DNA from: Hyphomonas sp.
GTDB taxonomy: Bacteria > Pseudomonadota > Alphaproteobacteria > Caulobacterales > Hyphomonadaceae
Length of the DNA stretch: 64,000 nucleotides
Assembly (NCBI RefSeq): GCF_018402285.1
Contig: NZ_JAGYJH010000001.1
Span: 83,589 to 147,588 of the forward strand
Direction of reading: 5' to 3'
In this document: positions 24,782 to 34,610 of the stretch, one piece after another
How positions within the stretch are numbered: position 1 is the first letter of the stretch
Layout: the number at the start of each line of letters is the position of its first letter
Made by a program: the position numbers and the translations under genes
Notes under the pieces: model-generated
Databases searched by the model: none
Told to the model about the DNA's origin: nothing
The model's input: the letters and a program-made list of their open reading frames with translations, nothing else

Positions 24782-26112
24782 TCAGTTTCCTCGAGGGCTT
24801 CATAGACAAGGCGGGCGGATGCGGCGCGGGCATCAAAGCCCGGTCCGGCGCCGCCGAAGTGCTGGATCATGCCGATGAAGTAAAGGTCGTTCGCAGGGTC
24901 CACCCAGAACCAGGTGCCCGCCGCTCCGCCCCACATATAGGCGCCGACAGGATAAGCCCGGTCTTTGCCCGGCTCCAGGACAACGGCCACATCAAGGCCA
25001 AAGCCGACCCCGGTCGCCTCATCGGCAGATGTGCCGTCATGGCCGATATAGACCCCGTTTGGCAGATGATCGGTCGCCATCAGGCGCACCGTCTCCGGCT
25101 TGAGGATCTGCACGCCGCCGAGCGTGCCTTCATTGACGAGCATTTGGGCAAAGCGGGCATAGTCGTCCATCGTTGAGACGAGGCCATGGCCGCCGCCTTC
25201 AAACGCAATGGTTTCCTTGCGGAACTGGAAGCCCGGGGCGCCGGCCGGGACAAAGCCCGAGCCATCCGGCGCGTTGACATAGACATCGGCAAACCGGTCA
25301 TACTCTGCTTCGGGAACGAAGAAGGCGGTGTCCTTCATGCCAAGCGGATCGAAGAGGCGGGTCTGGAAGAACTCCCCAAGCGTCTGGCCCGACAGTTTCT
25401 CGATCAGATAGCCCTGGATATCGACGGAGATCGAATAGTCCCAGGTGGTGCCCGGCTCGTGCAAGAGCGGGATGGACGAGACACGCTGCATAAAGGTGTC
25501 CATGTCCGGCGCAGCGAATATATCGAGTTCCCGGAACCTGTCATTCACATAGTCGCCCCCGCGCAGACCATAGCCGAAACCGGCGGTGTGGCTCATCAGT
25601 TCCTGGATGGTGGGCTGGCGGCTGGCAGGCTCAAGGATGGGCTGGCCATCTGTGTCCATACCCTTGAAAACCTGCAGGCTGCCCAGTTCCGGGATGTGTT
25701 TGGAGACCGGATCGTCGAGCTGGAACCTGCCTTCTTCCCACAGCATCATGAGCGCCACGCCCGTGACCGGCTTGGACATGGAATAGATGCGGTAGATCGT
25801 GTCTCCGGCAAGCGGGGCCTGATCGGCTTGCCGGCGTATACCGGCCTGGATGTCGGAGACGATCTTACCGTCCTTGACCAGCCGGGTCGCGATGCCCTTC
25901 ACCTGCCCGTCCGTCACATACTGCACCATCCGGTCTTCCAGCGCGCGAACCGCGTCCTGATCGAACGCCTCTGGCCCGGGCTGGGCCACAACCGAGAGGG
26001 GCTGAGACGTATCTTCGGGAACAGAGACGGCCGGGGCAGTAGCGCAAGCGGCCAGAAGGGCGGCCAGCGACAACGCCGCCGTTCCGGCAAGAGATTTCCT
26101 GAAGCTGGTCAT
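24778..26112 (-). CDS. Serine hydrolase (beta-lactamase fold) lipoprotein
   Basis: Lipobox LLAACA. SxxK motif in YSMSKPVTG. The stop overlaps the downstream start (ATGA). ATG 26112 has a GGGAGAG RBS. Confidence 0.85.
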   Translation of the reverse strand: MTSFRKSLAGTAALSLAALLAACATAPAVSVPEDTSQPLSVVAQPGPEAFDQDAVRALEDRMVQYVTDGQVKGIATRLVKDGKIVSDIQAGIRRQADQAPLAGDTIYRIYSMSKPVTGVALMMLWEEGRFQLDDPVSKHIPELGSLQVFKGMDTDGQPILEPASRQPTIQELMSHTAGFGYGLRGGDYVNDRFRELDIFAAPDMDTFMQRVSSIPLLHEPGTTWDYSISVDIQGYLIEKLSGQTLGEFFQTRLFDPLGMKDTAFFVPEAEYDRFADVYVNAPDGSGFVPAGAPGFQFRKETIAFEGGGHGLVSTMDDYARFAQMLVNEGTLGGVQILKPETVRLMATDHLPNGVYIGHDGTSADEATGVGFGLDVAVVLEPGKDRAYPVGAYMWGGAAGTWFWVDPANDLYFIGMIQHFGGAGPGFDARAASARLVYEALEETE

Positions 26113-26225
26113 GGTGTTCTCTCCCGCCATTGGTCTTGCCCCTAACTGGCAGCGGCTGCTCTCTTCGGCAAGGCAGCAGTTGATTAGGTGTGGAAAACAG
26201 CTCTTTGCCCTGCCATATTGGGACA

Positions 26226-27047
26226 ATGAACGACACACATCTTCTCCTGCCCATGCGCACGGGCGAAATCCGGATCCACGATGCCGAAGGCTTCGAGGGG
26301 ATGCGCCGCGCCGGCCGTCTCGTCGCCGAATGCCTCGACATGCTCGTGCCGGAAGTAAAACCCGGAGTGACGACCGAGCACCTGGACAATCTGGTCCGCC
26401 AATTCGTTCAGGATAACGGCGCGGTTTCGGCCACGATCGGTTATCGCGGATACCGCCATGCCTCCTGCATCTCAGTGAACCACGTCATCTGCCACGGCAT
26501 TCCCGGCGGCAAGGCGCTGAAGGAAGGGGACATCGCCAATATCGATGTGACCCTCATCATCGATGGCTGGCATGGTGACCATAGCCGCATGTACGGCGTG
26601 GGCGAGGTAAAGCGCAAAGCCGAGCGCCTCATGGAAGTGACCTATGAGGCCCTGATGGCAGGCATTGCCGCAGTAAAGCCTGGCGGCCACTTTGGGGACA
26701 TTGGCGGCGCGATCAGCGAGATTGCCCGCCTCAACCGCTACTCCGTTGTCGATGATTTCTGCGGCCATGGTCTCGGCCGCCTCTTCCATGACGAACCCAA
26801 CGTGGTCCACTCGGCCAAGGCCGGAACCGGGCCGGTGCTCAAGCCTGGCATGTTCTTCACCATCGAACCGATGCTGAACCTCGGCCGCCGCGACGCTGCG
26901 ATCCTTCCCGATGGCTGGACCGCCGTGACCCGCGACCGCCAGCTTTCGGCCCAGTTCGAACACTCTGTGGGCGTGACCGAAACCGGCGTGGAGATCTTCT
27001 CCGCCTCCCCCAGGGGCTGGCATGAGCCTTACAAGGTGACGCTCTGA
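26226..27047 (+). CDS. map: Type I methionine aminopeptidase
   Basis: VNHVICHGIP, DGWHGD and HGLGR.FHE metal-ligand motifs. 273 aa. Confidence 0.95.
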   Translation: MNDTHLLLPMRTGEIRIHDAEGFEGMRRAGRLVAECLDMLVPEVKPGVTTEHLDNLVRQFVQDNGAVSATIGYRGYRHASCISVNHVICHGIPGGKALKEGDIANIDVTLIIDGWHGDHSRMYGVGEVKRKAERLMEVTYEALMAGIAAVKPGGHFGDIGGAISEIARLNRYSVVDDFCGHGLGRLFHDEPNVVHSAKAGTGPVLKPGMFFTIEPMLNLGRRDAAILPDGWTAVTRDRQLSAQFEHSVGVTETGVEIFSASPRGWHEPYKVTL

Positions 27048-27095
27048 CCCGGTCTCGGAGGGGGAGCGCAGCGCAGACGAAAACCCCGCTGCCAA

Positions 27096-27571
27096 GGCCA
27101 TCGCGACCGGCAGCGCGCCAGGCTCCTGAAGCGGGGCCCCGGACGACCATCAGATCCTGGAAAAGCTGCTCCAGGCCTTCATCCCGCGCCGGGCGCGAGG
27201 AGATCAAGGCGAAGGAGGTTATCCCCTCCTGGTCTGTGCTGGTAGCCTGTGTGCGCCGCGAGCTTCAGCATGAAAAGGACGAGCAGTTCTGCGTGATCTT
27301 CCTTGACCGGAAGAACCAGCTGATCCTGGACGAGATCATCGGCCGGGGCACGCTCGACCCTGCACCGGTCTATGCGCGCCAGATCGCGCGGCGGGCGCCG
27401 GAACTGCAGGCCTCCAGTCTCATCCTTGTCCACAATCACCCCGCCGGCGACCCCAAACCTTGGCGCGCAGACATCGGGATCACCGGCGAGATCATTGATG
27501 TGCCTTGGCTATTTGAACCTACCGTACACGGTCATCTCGTTTTCCGGACTTCCGGCCTCATCAAAGGCTGA
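27096..27571 (+). pseudogene. radC: Decayed radC (JAB/MPN domain) gene
   Basis: GHRDRQRARLLKRGP is in frame 3. DDHQILEKLLQAFIPRR..LLVCAGSL is in frame 1. The JAB part FCVIFLDRKNQLI..LVHNHPAGDPKPWRAD is in frame 2 (ORF 27236..27571). No start codon, and about 70 aa (the HhH region) are missing. Confidence 0.65.
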
Positions 27572-28298
27572 TCCGGCGCGTAATGCCGATGCGCGCGAGG
27601 AAGGCTTCGTCATGGCTGACGATCAGCAGCGCGCCATCATAGGCATTGAGGCCCGCCTCGACCGTTTCGAGCGAGGCAACATCCAGATGGTTCGTCGGCT
27701 CGTCCAGGATGAGCAGCTGGGGCGGAGATCGGCCGCCGAGGACGCAGGCAAGTCCAGCCCGCAGCCGCTCTCCGCCGCTGAGCGTCGATACGGTCTGCCG
27801 CGCGGCGCCCGCCCGGAACCTGAACCGCGCAAGCGCCGCGAGGCTGGCCCGTGTGCGCTGGCCGCCCGAAAGGCGCATGAGGGGTGTGTTGATGCCGATG
27901 CCGGAAAGGCCCGCCCGCGCCAGTGCTTCTGCGAGGCGCGCTTCCAGTGTCCAGTCGGCCTGGGCAAAGTCGTCTTCGGTGCCTTCACCTGCCTCAATGC
28001 GGGCAAGGCGCCCGAGCGCAGACCCGGCGCCGAACAGGCGCGCGAGGGTTTCTGCCGGCTCAGGCGTGAAGGACTGGCGCAAAGTTCCGATTGTGCCGGC
28101 CAGCCTGACGGCACCGAAGGCTGGCTGCGCCGCGCCGGCGATCAGCGTGAGCAGGCTCGATTTGCCGACACCATTGCGCCCCACAAGGCCAACGCGTTCC
28201 TGATTGAAACTGAAGCTGAGGTCTGAAAAAAGAACCCGGCCGTCAGCCAGGGCATATGTCACAGAGGCGAGTGTGATGGAGGCTGGCATTGCAAACAT
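27561..28298 (-). CDS. Collapsed ABC-F type ATPase (single chimeric nucleotide-binding domain)
   Basis: Walker A GRNGVGKSS. Two ABC signatures 30 residues apart (LSGGQRTRASLA ... LSGGERLRAGLA). One Walker B LLILDEPTNHLD. 245 aa, against about 500+ for intact ABC-F proteins. Confidence 0.75.
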   Translation of the reverse strand: MFAMPASITLASVTYALADGRVLFSDLSFSFNQERVGLVGRNGVGKSSLLTLIAGAAQPAFGAVRLAGTIGTLRQSFTPEPAETLARLFGAGSALGRLARIEAGEGTEDDFAQADWTLEARLAEALARAGLSGIGINTPLMRLSGGQRTRASLAALARFRFRAGAARQTVSTLSGGERLRAGLACVLGGRSPPQLLILDEPTNHLDVASLETVEAGLNAYDGALLIVSHDEAFLARIGITRRISL

Positions 28299-28561
28299 TC
28301 TTCCGGTGAACTGATCCGAGGGCGGTCATTTTCCGGAGAGTGTTCATGGCAGGGCGCCTCACGCTGACTTGTGGAATTCCATCCAGGCGGAGAAATTAGT
28401 CCCGCCCCGGGAAAAGTCCAACTCACCCGCCAGGTGAAACTGCAGCGCTCCCTGCGCCCTTCCCTGACGATAAGGCTTGCGGGCGGCAGCGGGACCGTTA
28501 CCGTCGCGACATAATCCAGCGCGCCGGCAGAAGCGTGTCTTTCCTGGGAGGCGAGCAACAC

Positions 28562-30061
28562 ATGACGGCAACCGCAGACGCGGCCGACACCGGCAACGGG
28601 CATATCACCGGTTTCGGCACCAAGCCGTATCGCTCCTATGTGCTGATTGCCCTGACGCTGATCTACACGCTGAACTTCATAGACCGGACCGTCATCACGG
28701 TTGTCGCCCAGCCGATCATCAACACCTTCTCCCTGAGTGACGCCCAATGGGGCCTCCTCACCGGCCCGCCCTTCGCCCTGTTCTATGCGCTGATGGGCAT
28801 CCCGATCGCGATGTGGGCAGACCGGGGCAACCGGGTCTTCATCATCGCGCTCTGCGTCGTTATCTGGTCTGTGATGACCGTATTGTGCGGCCTCGCCGCC
28901 AGCTTCATCTGGCTGCTGCTGTTCAGGGTCGGTGTGGCGATCGGCGAAGCGGGCTGCACGCCGCCGGCCAATTCCATCATCACCGATTACTACCCGCCCA
29001 AGAGCCGGGCGAATGCCATTGGCATTTACTCGATGGGGGTCACTATCGGCGGGGTGATGGCGCAGCTCTTTGGCGGCGCCCTCGCAGGCCTGCAGGGGGC
29101 TGATTTCGGAAACTTCCTGTCTTCCATCGGCCTCGGCGGCCTGTTCTCCGGCATCAACTGGGAAGAGGTGGAAGGCTGGCGCCTGGTCTTCGTAATCGTC
29201 GGCGCGCCGGGCGTCCTGGTTGCCCTGGTCCTCTGGCTGACGACGCGGGAGCCGCCGCGCGGATACTCCGATCCCAAAGGCAAGACGCCGATTGAGAAGG
29301 CCGGCTTCTTCGAGGCCTTCAAGGAGTTTGGCGCCAAGCCGACCTTCTGGTCACTATCTCTCGGGGCTGCCTTTGTTGCCTTTGTCGGCTATGGCCTGAT
29401 CAGCTTCCAGGCACCGTTCCTGATGCGGGTGCACGGGGTAAGTGTTTCAGAAGCGGCCATTCGCTATGGCGCGCCGCTGGCCGCTGTTGCCGCGTTTGGC
29501 ACGTTCCTTGGCGGCTTCCTGTCGGAAAAGTTCACCCCGCGTTTTCCGGCGATCGTTGCCTGGCTGCCGGGTGTGGGCCTGTTGATTGCCATCCCCGCCT
29601 ACATAGCCGCCTTCCTGACGCCATCCCTGACGATGGCGTTCTGGATGTGGGTGATCGCGGCGATTGCCCACTACGCCTATCTCGGCGCGCAATACACCGT
29701 CTCGACCGCCATCGTCAGCCCGCGCTCCCGCGCGACAACGGTTTCAGTGCTGTTGTTGATTGTCAGCCTTATCGGGAACGGCCTCGGGCCGATGTTCACT
29801 GGCATGATGAGCAGTGCCTTCATGGGCGGCATCATCAAGAAGAACGGTCTGGAAGAGGCCTTCGCCACCTTCAATCCCGGGCTATGCGCAGGGCGGATGG
29901 CGGAGCTCGGCGAAATGGGTCCGGCCCTCTGCTCGGCCTACGCTGAAGGCCTGCGCCAGTCGATGGTGGCCACGGTCATATTCCTGGTTATCGCCGCTGC
30001 CTTCTACTTCCTTGCTTCACGCACCTTCCTGAAGGATCGCTGGAGCCCCGCCGCCGATTAA
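28562..30061 (+). CDS. MFS transporter (Spinster-like)
   Basis: 12-TM pattern. LNFIDRTVI and GIPIAMWADRGNR motifs. 499 aa from ATG 28562 (the ORF track starts at GTG 28535). Confidence 0.85.
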   Translation: MTATADAADTGNGHITGFGTKPYRSYVLIALTLIYTLNFIDRTVITVVAQPIINTFSLSDAQWGLLTGPPFALFYALMGIPIAMWADRGNRVFIIALCVVIWSVMTVLCGLAASFIWLLLFRVGVAIGEAGCTPPANSIITDYYPPKSRANAIGIYSMGVTIGGVMAQLFGGALAGLQGADFGNFLSSIGLGGLFSGINWEEVEGWRLVFVIVGAPGVLVALVLWLTTREPPRGYSDPKGKTPIEKAGFFEAFKEFGAKPTFWSLSLGAAFVAFVGYGLISFQAPFLMRVHGVSVSEAAIRYGAPLAAVAAFGTFLGGFLSEKFTPRFPAIVAWLPGVGLLIAIPAYIAAFLTPSLTMAFWMWVIAAIAHYAYLGAQYTVSTAIVSPRSRATTVSVLLLIVSLIGNGLGPMFTGMMSSAFMGGIIKKNGLEEAFATFNPGLCAGRMAELGEMGPALCSAYAEGLRQSMVATVIFLVIAAAFYFLASRTFLKDRWSPAAD

Positions 30062-30098
30062 GTTTCAAACCATTTGCCTGACTGTCTTGGAGACCCGA

Positions 30099-31598
30099 AT
30101 GACCGACGCCGCCACTCCCAGCCAGACAACCACCGAAGCCGTCCCGGGCTACAAGACCGGATACGGGACCCCGCTTTATCGCGGCTATGTTTTGACTTCG
30201 CTGCTTGTTGTTTACATCTTCAACTTCATCGACCGCTCGATTTTCGGGATCCTGACCGAGCCGATGAAGCTCTCCCTGCAGCTTGAAGACTGGCATATGG
30301 GTCTGCTCGGCGGCCTCGCCTTCGCCATCTTCTACACAACCCTTGGCATCCCGATTGCCCGCGTCGCCGAACGCCGCAACCGGATGCTCATCATCATCAT
30401 CTCTCTGACCCTATGGAGCCTGATGACAGTGCTCTGCGGCTTTGCGACCAGTTTCCTGACGCTGTTCATCTTCCGCCTGCTGGTAGGCGTGGGCGAGGCA
30501 GGCTGCACCCCTCCGGCCCAGTCGGTGATCGCCGATTACTTCAAGCCGACAAGCCGGGCGACGGCCGCTTCAATCTACGCCCTCGGCGTTCCGCTGGGCG
30601 GCATGATGGCCGGCCTCGCAGCCGGTCCGATCAACGACTATGTGACCGGCGAAAATGTCTACAATCTGCTCGGTTCCTGGGGCTGGACCTGGGCGCAGGG
30701 TTTGGTGGACTGGAACAGCCTTGAAGGCTGGCGCATCGCATTTATCGCCGTAGGCCTGCCGGGCGTTCTCTTCGCCGTCATTCTGTTTTTCACGGTCAAG
30801 GAACCGCCGCGCGGCTATTCTGATCCTCCGGGCGCGCCGCGCAAGGCGGTGCCGGACGGGTTTGGAACGGTACTGAAGGATCTGATGCGCAAGCCCACCT
30901 ATGTGCATGTGGTTGCCGGCGCTGCCGTTGCCTCCTTCGCTGGGTATGGCGTGGCTGCCTTCTCGACCTCGTTCCTGCTGCGCACGCATGGGCTGACTCT
31001 GACTGAAGCGGCGCTGATCTTCTCGCTCGTGCTGGGTCTGATGGCTGCGCTGGGCGTATTCCTGTCGGGCTTCCTCGCAGACAAGCTGTCAGTGCGCTAT
31101 CCGACGGCACTCTCCTGGATGCCGGCGCTGGGCATGGGCCTGTCGGTCCCGCTCTACTGGCTTGGCTATCTCAGCCCTACCGTGCCGCTGATGATCCCGC
31201 CACTGATGCTGGCGGCGACGCTCCATTACTTCTACCTCGGCCCGATGTATGCGGTCTCCGCAGGCGTTGTGGACAGCCGGACACGGGCAACGGCCGTCGC
31301 AATCACCCTGTTTGCCGTCAACCTGATCGGTATCGGCCTTGGACCGACGCTCGCAGGCCTCCTGTCCACGGCTTTCAAGACGATGTTCATCAACGGATCA
31401 GACCTCGGCCTGACGCTTGCTATGTGCCGTGATGTGACCGGGCTCGCGGCTGAACAGGCCGCCGGGTGCCGGAGCGCGGACGCACGCGGCCTGCAGTACG
31501 CGATCGTGGTCTTTGCCTCGCTTTATGGCTGGGCAGCGATCCACTACCTGCTGGCCGGCAAGACGCTGAGCCGTGACATGCTGCCGAAAACTGCGTAA
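30099..31598 (+). CDS. MFS transporter, tandem paralogue of the previous gene
   Basis: FNFIDRSIF and GIPIARVAERRNR motifs. 499 aa from ATG 30099 with a GGAGA RBS (the ORF track starts at TTG 30087). Confidence 0.85.
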   Translation: MTDAATPSQTTTEAVPGYKTGYGTPLYRGYVLTSLLVVYIFNFIDRSIFGILTEPMKLSLQLEDWHMGLLGGLAFAIFYTTLGIPIARVAERRNRMLIIIISLTLWSLMTVLCGFATSFLTLFIFRLLVGVGEAGCTPPAQSVIADYFKPTSRATAASIYALGVPLGGMMAGLAAGPINDYVTGENVYNLLGSWGWTWAQGLVDWNSLEGWRIAFIAVGLPGVLFAVILFFTVKEPPRGYSDPPGAPRKAVPDGFGTVLKDLMRKPTYVHVVAGAAVASFAGYGVAAFSTSFLLRTHGLTLTEAALIFSLVLGLMAALGVFLSGFLADKLSVRYPTALSWMPALGMGLSVPLYWLGYLSPTVPLMIPPLMLAATLHYFYLGPMYAVSAGVVDSRTRATAVAITLFAVNLIGIGLGPTLAGLLSTAFKTMFINGSDLGLTLAMCRDVTGLAAEQAAGCRSADARGLQYAIVVFASLYGWAAIHYLLAGKTLSRDMLPKTA

Positions 31599-31609
31599 GG
31601 GCGCCGCCT

Positions 31610-32596
31610 ATGGCGGTATACACGCAAGTTTCCGATGAAGCGCTCGCAGGCTTCCTCGCCGGGTATGATCTCGGCGAGGCGCTTGCGTTCAAGGGCATCG
31701 CCGAGGGCGTCGAGAATTCGAACTTTTATCTCGAGACGCGCAAGGGACGCTACATCCTCACCCTCTTCGAGAAGCGGGTGAACGCGGCCGACCTGCCCTA
31801 TTTCATCGGCCTGAAACAGCATCTGTCCTCAAATGGCTTTCCTTGTCCCAAGCCGGTCATGGGGCAGGACGGCCAGGCGCTGCGCACGCTGGAAGGCCGC
31901 CCGGCGGTCATCGTCACTTTCCTGGACGGTCTCTCCCCCCGGCGCCCCAGCGCGAAGCAGTGCCGCGCCCTGGGTGAAGGGCTCGCGCGCATGCATCTTG
32001 CGCTCGCTGACTTCAAAGGCCATCGGGAAAACGCGCTCGGCCCCGCCTCCTGGCGACGGTTATGGGAGGGGCGCGGCGCAGACGCCGAAGCGCTCCAGCC
32101 CGGCCTCGAAGCGGAGGTGGATGCCTGTTTCGAGCAGATCAGCGCGGCACGCGCCTTTGCCGATGAGCTTCCGCGCGGCACCATCCATGCCGATCTCTTC
32201 CCCGATAACGCCTTCTTCCTTGGGGACACGTTCAGCGGCGCCATCGACTTCTATTTCGCCTGCACCGACGCCCTGGCCTATGACCTTGCCGTCTGCCTCA
32301 ATTCCTGGGCCTTCGAGGAAGGCAACGCGAGCGATGCCTCGCGTCTGGAATATAATTTCTCCAAGGGATCTGCCCTGATTGCCGGATACCAGTCCGTGCG
32401 CCCGCTTGAGGCTTCTGAACGCGAAGCCTTGCCGGCCCTCTGCCTGGGCTCGGCCATGCGGTTTTTCCTGACACGGCTTGCCGACTGGTCCTCGACGCCG
32501 GCCGGTGCCCTCGTAAAGCCCAAAAACCCTCTTGAATACGCCGCCCGGTTGGCTTTCCATCGCAAGATGGCAAGCGCCGAAGGCTATGGGGCATGA
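31610..32596 (+). CDS. thrB: Homoserine kinase, type II (APH-fold ThrB)
   Basis: MAVYTQVSDEALAGFLAGYDLGEALAFKGIAEGVENSNFYL..IHADLFPDN. 328 aa. Confidence 0.9.
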   Translation: MAVYTQVSDEALAGFLAGYDLGEALAFKGIAEGVENSNFYLETRKGRYILTLFEKRVNAADLPYFIGLKQHLSSNGFPCPKPVMGQDGQALRTLEGRPAVIVTFLDGLSPRRPSAKQCRALGEGLARMHLALADFKGHRENALGPASWRRLWEGRGADAEALQPGLEAEVDACFEQISAARAFADELPRGTIHADLFPDNAFFLGDTFSGAIDFYFACTDALAYDLAVCLNSWAFEEGNASDASRLEYNFSKGSALIAGYQSVRPLEASEREALPALCLGSAMRFFLTRLADWSSTPAGALVKPKNPLEYAARLAFHRKMASAEGYGA

Positions 32597-33183
32597 GCGA
32601 ACACCCGGTATCGGGACTTCCACGAGACACTTCACCTGCAGACGATGTCCTGCCTGCCTATGCCATGGCCTCGCGGCCGAGGCGCGTGAAGCGGGTCAAG
32701 CTTGCGCTCCTTCTGTCGTCAATGGCCGCCTGCGTCGTTGTGGCGATTGTCGGGTTTCTCGTGATGATGCTCAGTTTCATGGTTTTCGAACTGGCCGGCC
32801 AGACGCCGGGCCCGGCGGTCGGCGCCGGAGACTTTCGCGGCGGGGCGCTGCTGGCGGCCCAGCTGTCGGCGATGAATTTCATCCTGTTTTTCATAACAGT
32901 TCCAGCCGCCGCCCTGGCGCTGGGCCTGTCGATTGCCCGCTTCCCGCACAGGGGCATTACCCACATGATCCCTTACCTCCGCTGGGGCGCGATCTGGGGC
33001 GGCTTCCTCGTCGGAGGCACCACCTTTGTCTTTGGCCTGTTTGGCGGCCCGGCCTCGGCCGTCGGAGCGCTTATGTGCGGCGGAGCCATTGGCAGTCTGG
33101 CTGGCACCTTCTGCGGCTTCCTGTTTCACGCCATCGTACAGCCGGCCCGCCAGGTTACGGAAATGGATGTGAGTGTCTTCTGA
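32593..33183 (+). CDS. Membrane protein, function unknown
   Basis: ATGA overlap with the thrB stop. About 5 hydrophobic segments. 196 aa. Confidence 0.55.
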   Translation: MSEHPVSGLPRDTSPADDVLPAYAMASRPRRVKRVKLALLLSSMAACVVVAIVGFLVMMLSFMVFELAGQTPGPAVGAGDFRGGALLAAQLSAMNFILFFITVPAAALALGLSIARFPHRGITHMIPYLRWGAIWGGFLVGGTTFVFGLFGGPASAVGALMCGGAIGSLAGTFCGFLFHAIVQPARQVTEMDVSVF

Positions 33184-33225
33184 AGCCGCCTTGACGGCGG
33201 CGCCAAAGCCCCGCACCCCGCTCCC

Positions 33226-33678
33226 ATGACCGACAAAGACATCATCGAAATCTGGACTGACGGCGCCTGCAGCGGAAATCCCGGCCCGGGCGGCTGGGGT
33301 GCGCTCATCCGCTGGAACGGCCATGAGAAGGAACTCTATGGCGGCGATCCGGCCACGACCAACAACCGCATGGAAATGATGGCCGTGATCGAGGCGCTGG
33401 GCGCTCTCAAAAGGCCGTCAAAGGTCACGTTGAACGTAGATTCCACCTATGTGAAGGACGGCCTGACCAAATGGATCAAGGGCTGGAAACGCAATGGCTG
33501 GAAAACCGCCGACAAGAAGCCTGTAAAAAATCAGGAATTGTGGATGGCGATGGAAGAAGCCTGCAAGCGCCACGACATCACCTGGGTCTGGGTGAAGGGT
33601 CACGCCGGAGACGAGGGCAACGAACGCGCCGACGGCCTCGCCCGCAAAGGCACGGATGAAGTCCGCGGACAGAAATAG
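33226..33678 (+). CDS. rnhA: Ribonuclease HI
   Basis: [24 protein letters not shown] and [12 protein letters not shown] motifs. 150 aa. Confidence 0.95.
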   Translation: MTDKDIIEIWTDGACSGNPGPGGWGALIRWNGHEKELYGGDPATTNNRMEMMAVIEALGALKRPSKVTLNVDSTYVKDGLTKWIKGWKRNGWKTADKKPVKNQELWMAMEEACKRHDITWVWVKGHAGDEGNERADGLARKGTDEVRGQK

Positions 33679-33705
33679 CCCTTCTGGAACTTATCGCCTG
33701 CAATG

Positions 33706-33743
33706 AAAAACGCCCGGAGAGCTAAAACTCTCCGGGCGTTTTT
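33706..33743. terminator. Bidirectional rho-independent terminator between rnhA and ctrA
   Basis: AAAAACGCCCGGAGAG ctaaaa CTCTCCGGGCGTTTTT, a perfect 16-nt inverted repeat that includes the A and U tracts. Confidence 0.7.
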
Positions 33744-33762
33744 CTCAAAGGTCTCAGGAAGC

Positions 33763-34476
33763 TCAGGCGGCTTCTTCGATCTCGCTGGTTTTCTGGTTCG
33801 GGCGCGGATCACGCAGCACATAGCCCCGTCCCCAGACGGTTTCGATATAATGGTTGCCGCCGGTGGCCTGCTGCAGCTTTTTGCGCAGCTTGCAGATGAA
33901 GACGTCGATGATCTTCAGTTCCGGTTCGTCGAGGCCGCCATAGAGGTGGTTGAGGAACATTTCCTTGGTGAGCGTCGTTCCCTTGCGCAGGGAAAGCAGC
34001 TCGAACATGGCGTATTCCTTGCCGGTGAGGTGGACGCGCTCACCGTCGACTTCGACGGTCTTGGCATCAAGGTTCACCAGAATGTCGCCGGTGCGGATAA
34101 CGCTCTCGGCGTGGCCCTTGGAGCGGCGCACGATGGCCGTGATCCGGGCAATCAGCTCGTCCTTGTTGAACGGCTTGGTGAGGTAATCGTCGGCGCCGTA
34201 GCCGAGGGTTTTCACCTTCGCTTCGATGTCCGGATTGCCCGAGAGGATCATCACAGGCGTGTTCACCCGGCTCATGCGCAGCTGCTTGAGCACCTCAAAT
34301 CCGGTGATGTCCGGGAGCGACAGATCCAGGAGGATCATGTCAAACTCATAGACTTTGCCAATATCAACACCGTCTTCACCAAGGTCGGTGAGATAGACGT
34401 TGAAGCCAGCGGCTTTGAGCATCAGCTCGATTGAGCGGGCCAGTGCCCGATCATCTTCAATTAGCAGGACGCGCAT
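33763..34476 (-). CDS. ctrA: Cell-cycle response regulator CtrA (OmpR family)
   Basis: [24 protein letters not shown]...[61 protein letters not shown]. 237 aa. Confidence 0.95.
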   Translation of the reverse strand: MRVLLIEDDRALARSIELMLKAAGFNVYLTDLGEDGVDIGKVYEFDMILLDLSLPDITGFEVLKQLRMSRVNTPVMILSGNPDIEAKVKTLGYGADDYLTKPFNKDELIARITAIVRRSKGHAESVIRTGDILVNLDAKTVEVDGERVHLTGKEYAMFELLSLRKGTTLTKEMFLNHLYGGLDEPELKIIDVFICKLRKKLQQATGGNHYIETVWGRGYVLRDPRPNQKTSEIEEAA

Positions 34477-34610
34477 CGCTCGTCTCCCGAATCATCCTAA
34501 GGTCAGTCGTAACTGGTTTGGTTAACATTGTGAATCCTAACGTACCTTTATTAACAGGTATTAAAAAAGCGTTGGAACACAGACGAATTGATTCACTTTC
34601 TCTGAACGGA

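Noticed and set aside
34551-34564. CtrA box upstream of ctrA.
   Set aside because: The spacing is TTAA-N6-TTAA, whereas the established consensus is TTAA-N7-TTAA(C). It is kept only as a remark under the GANTC finding.
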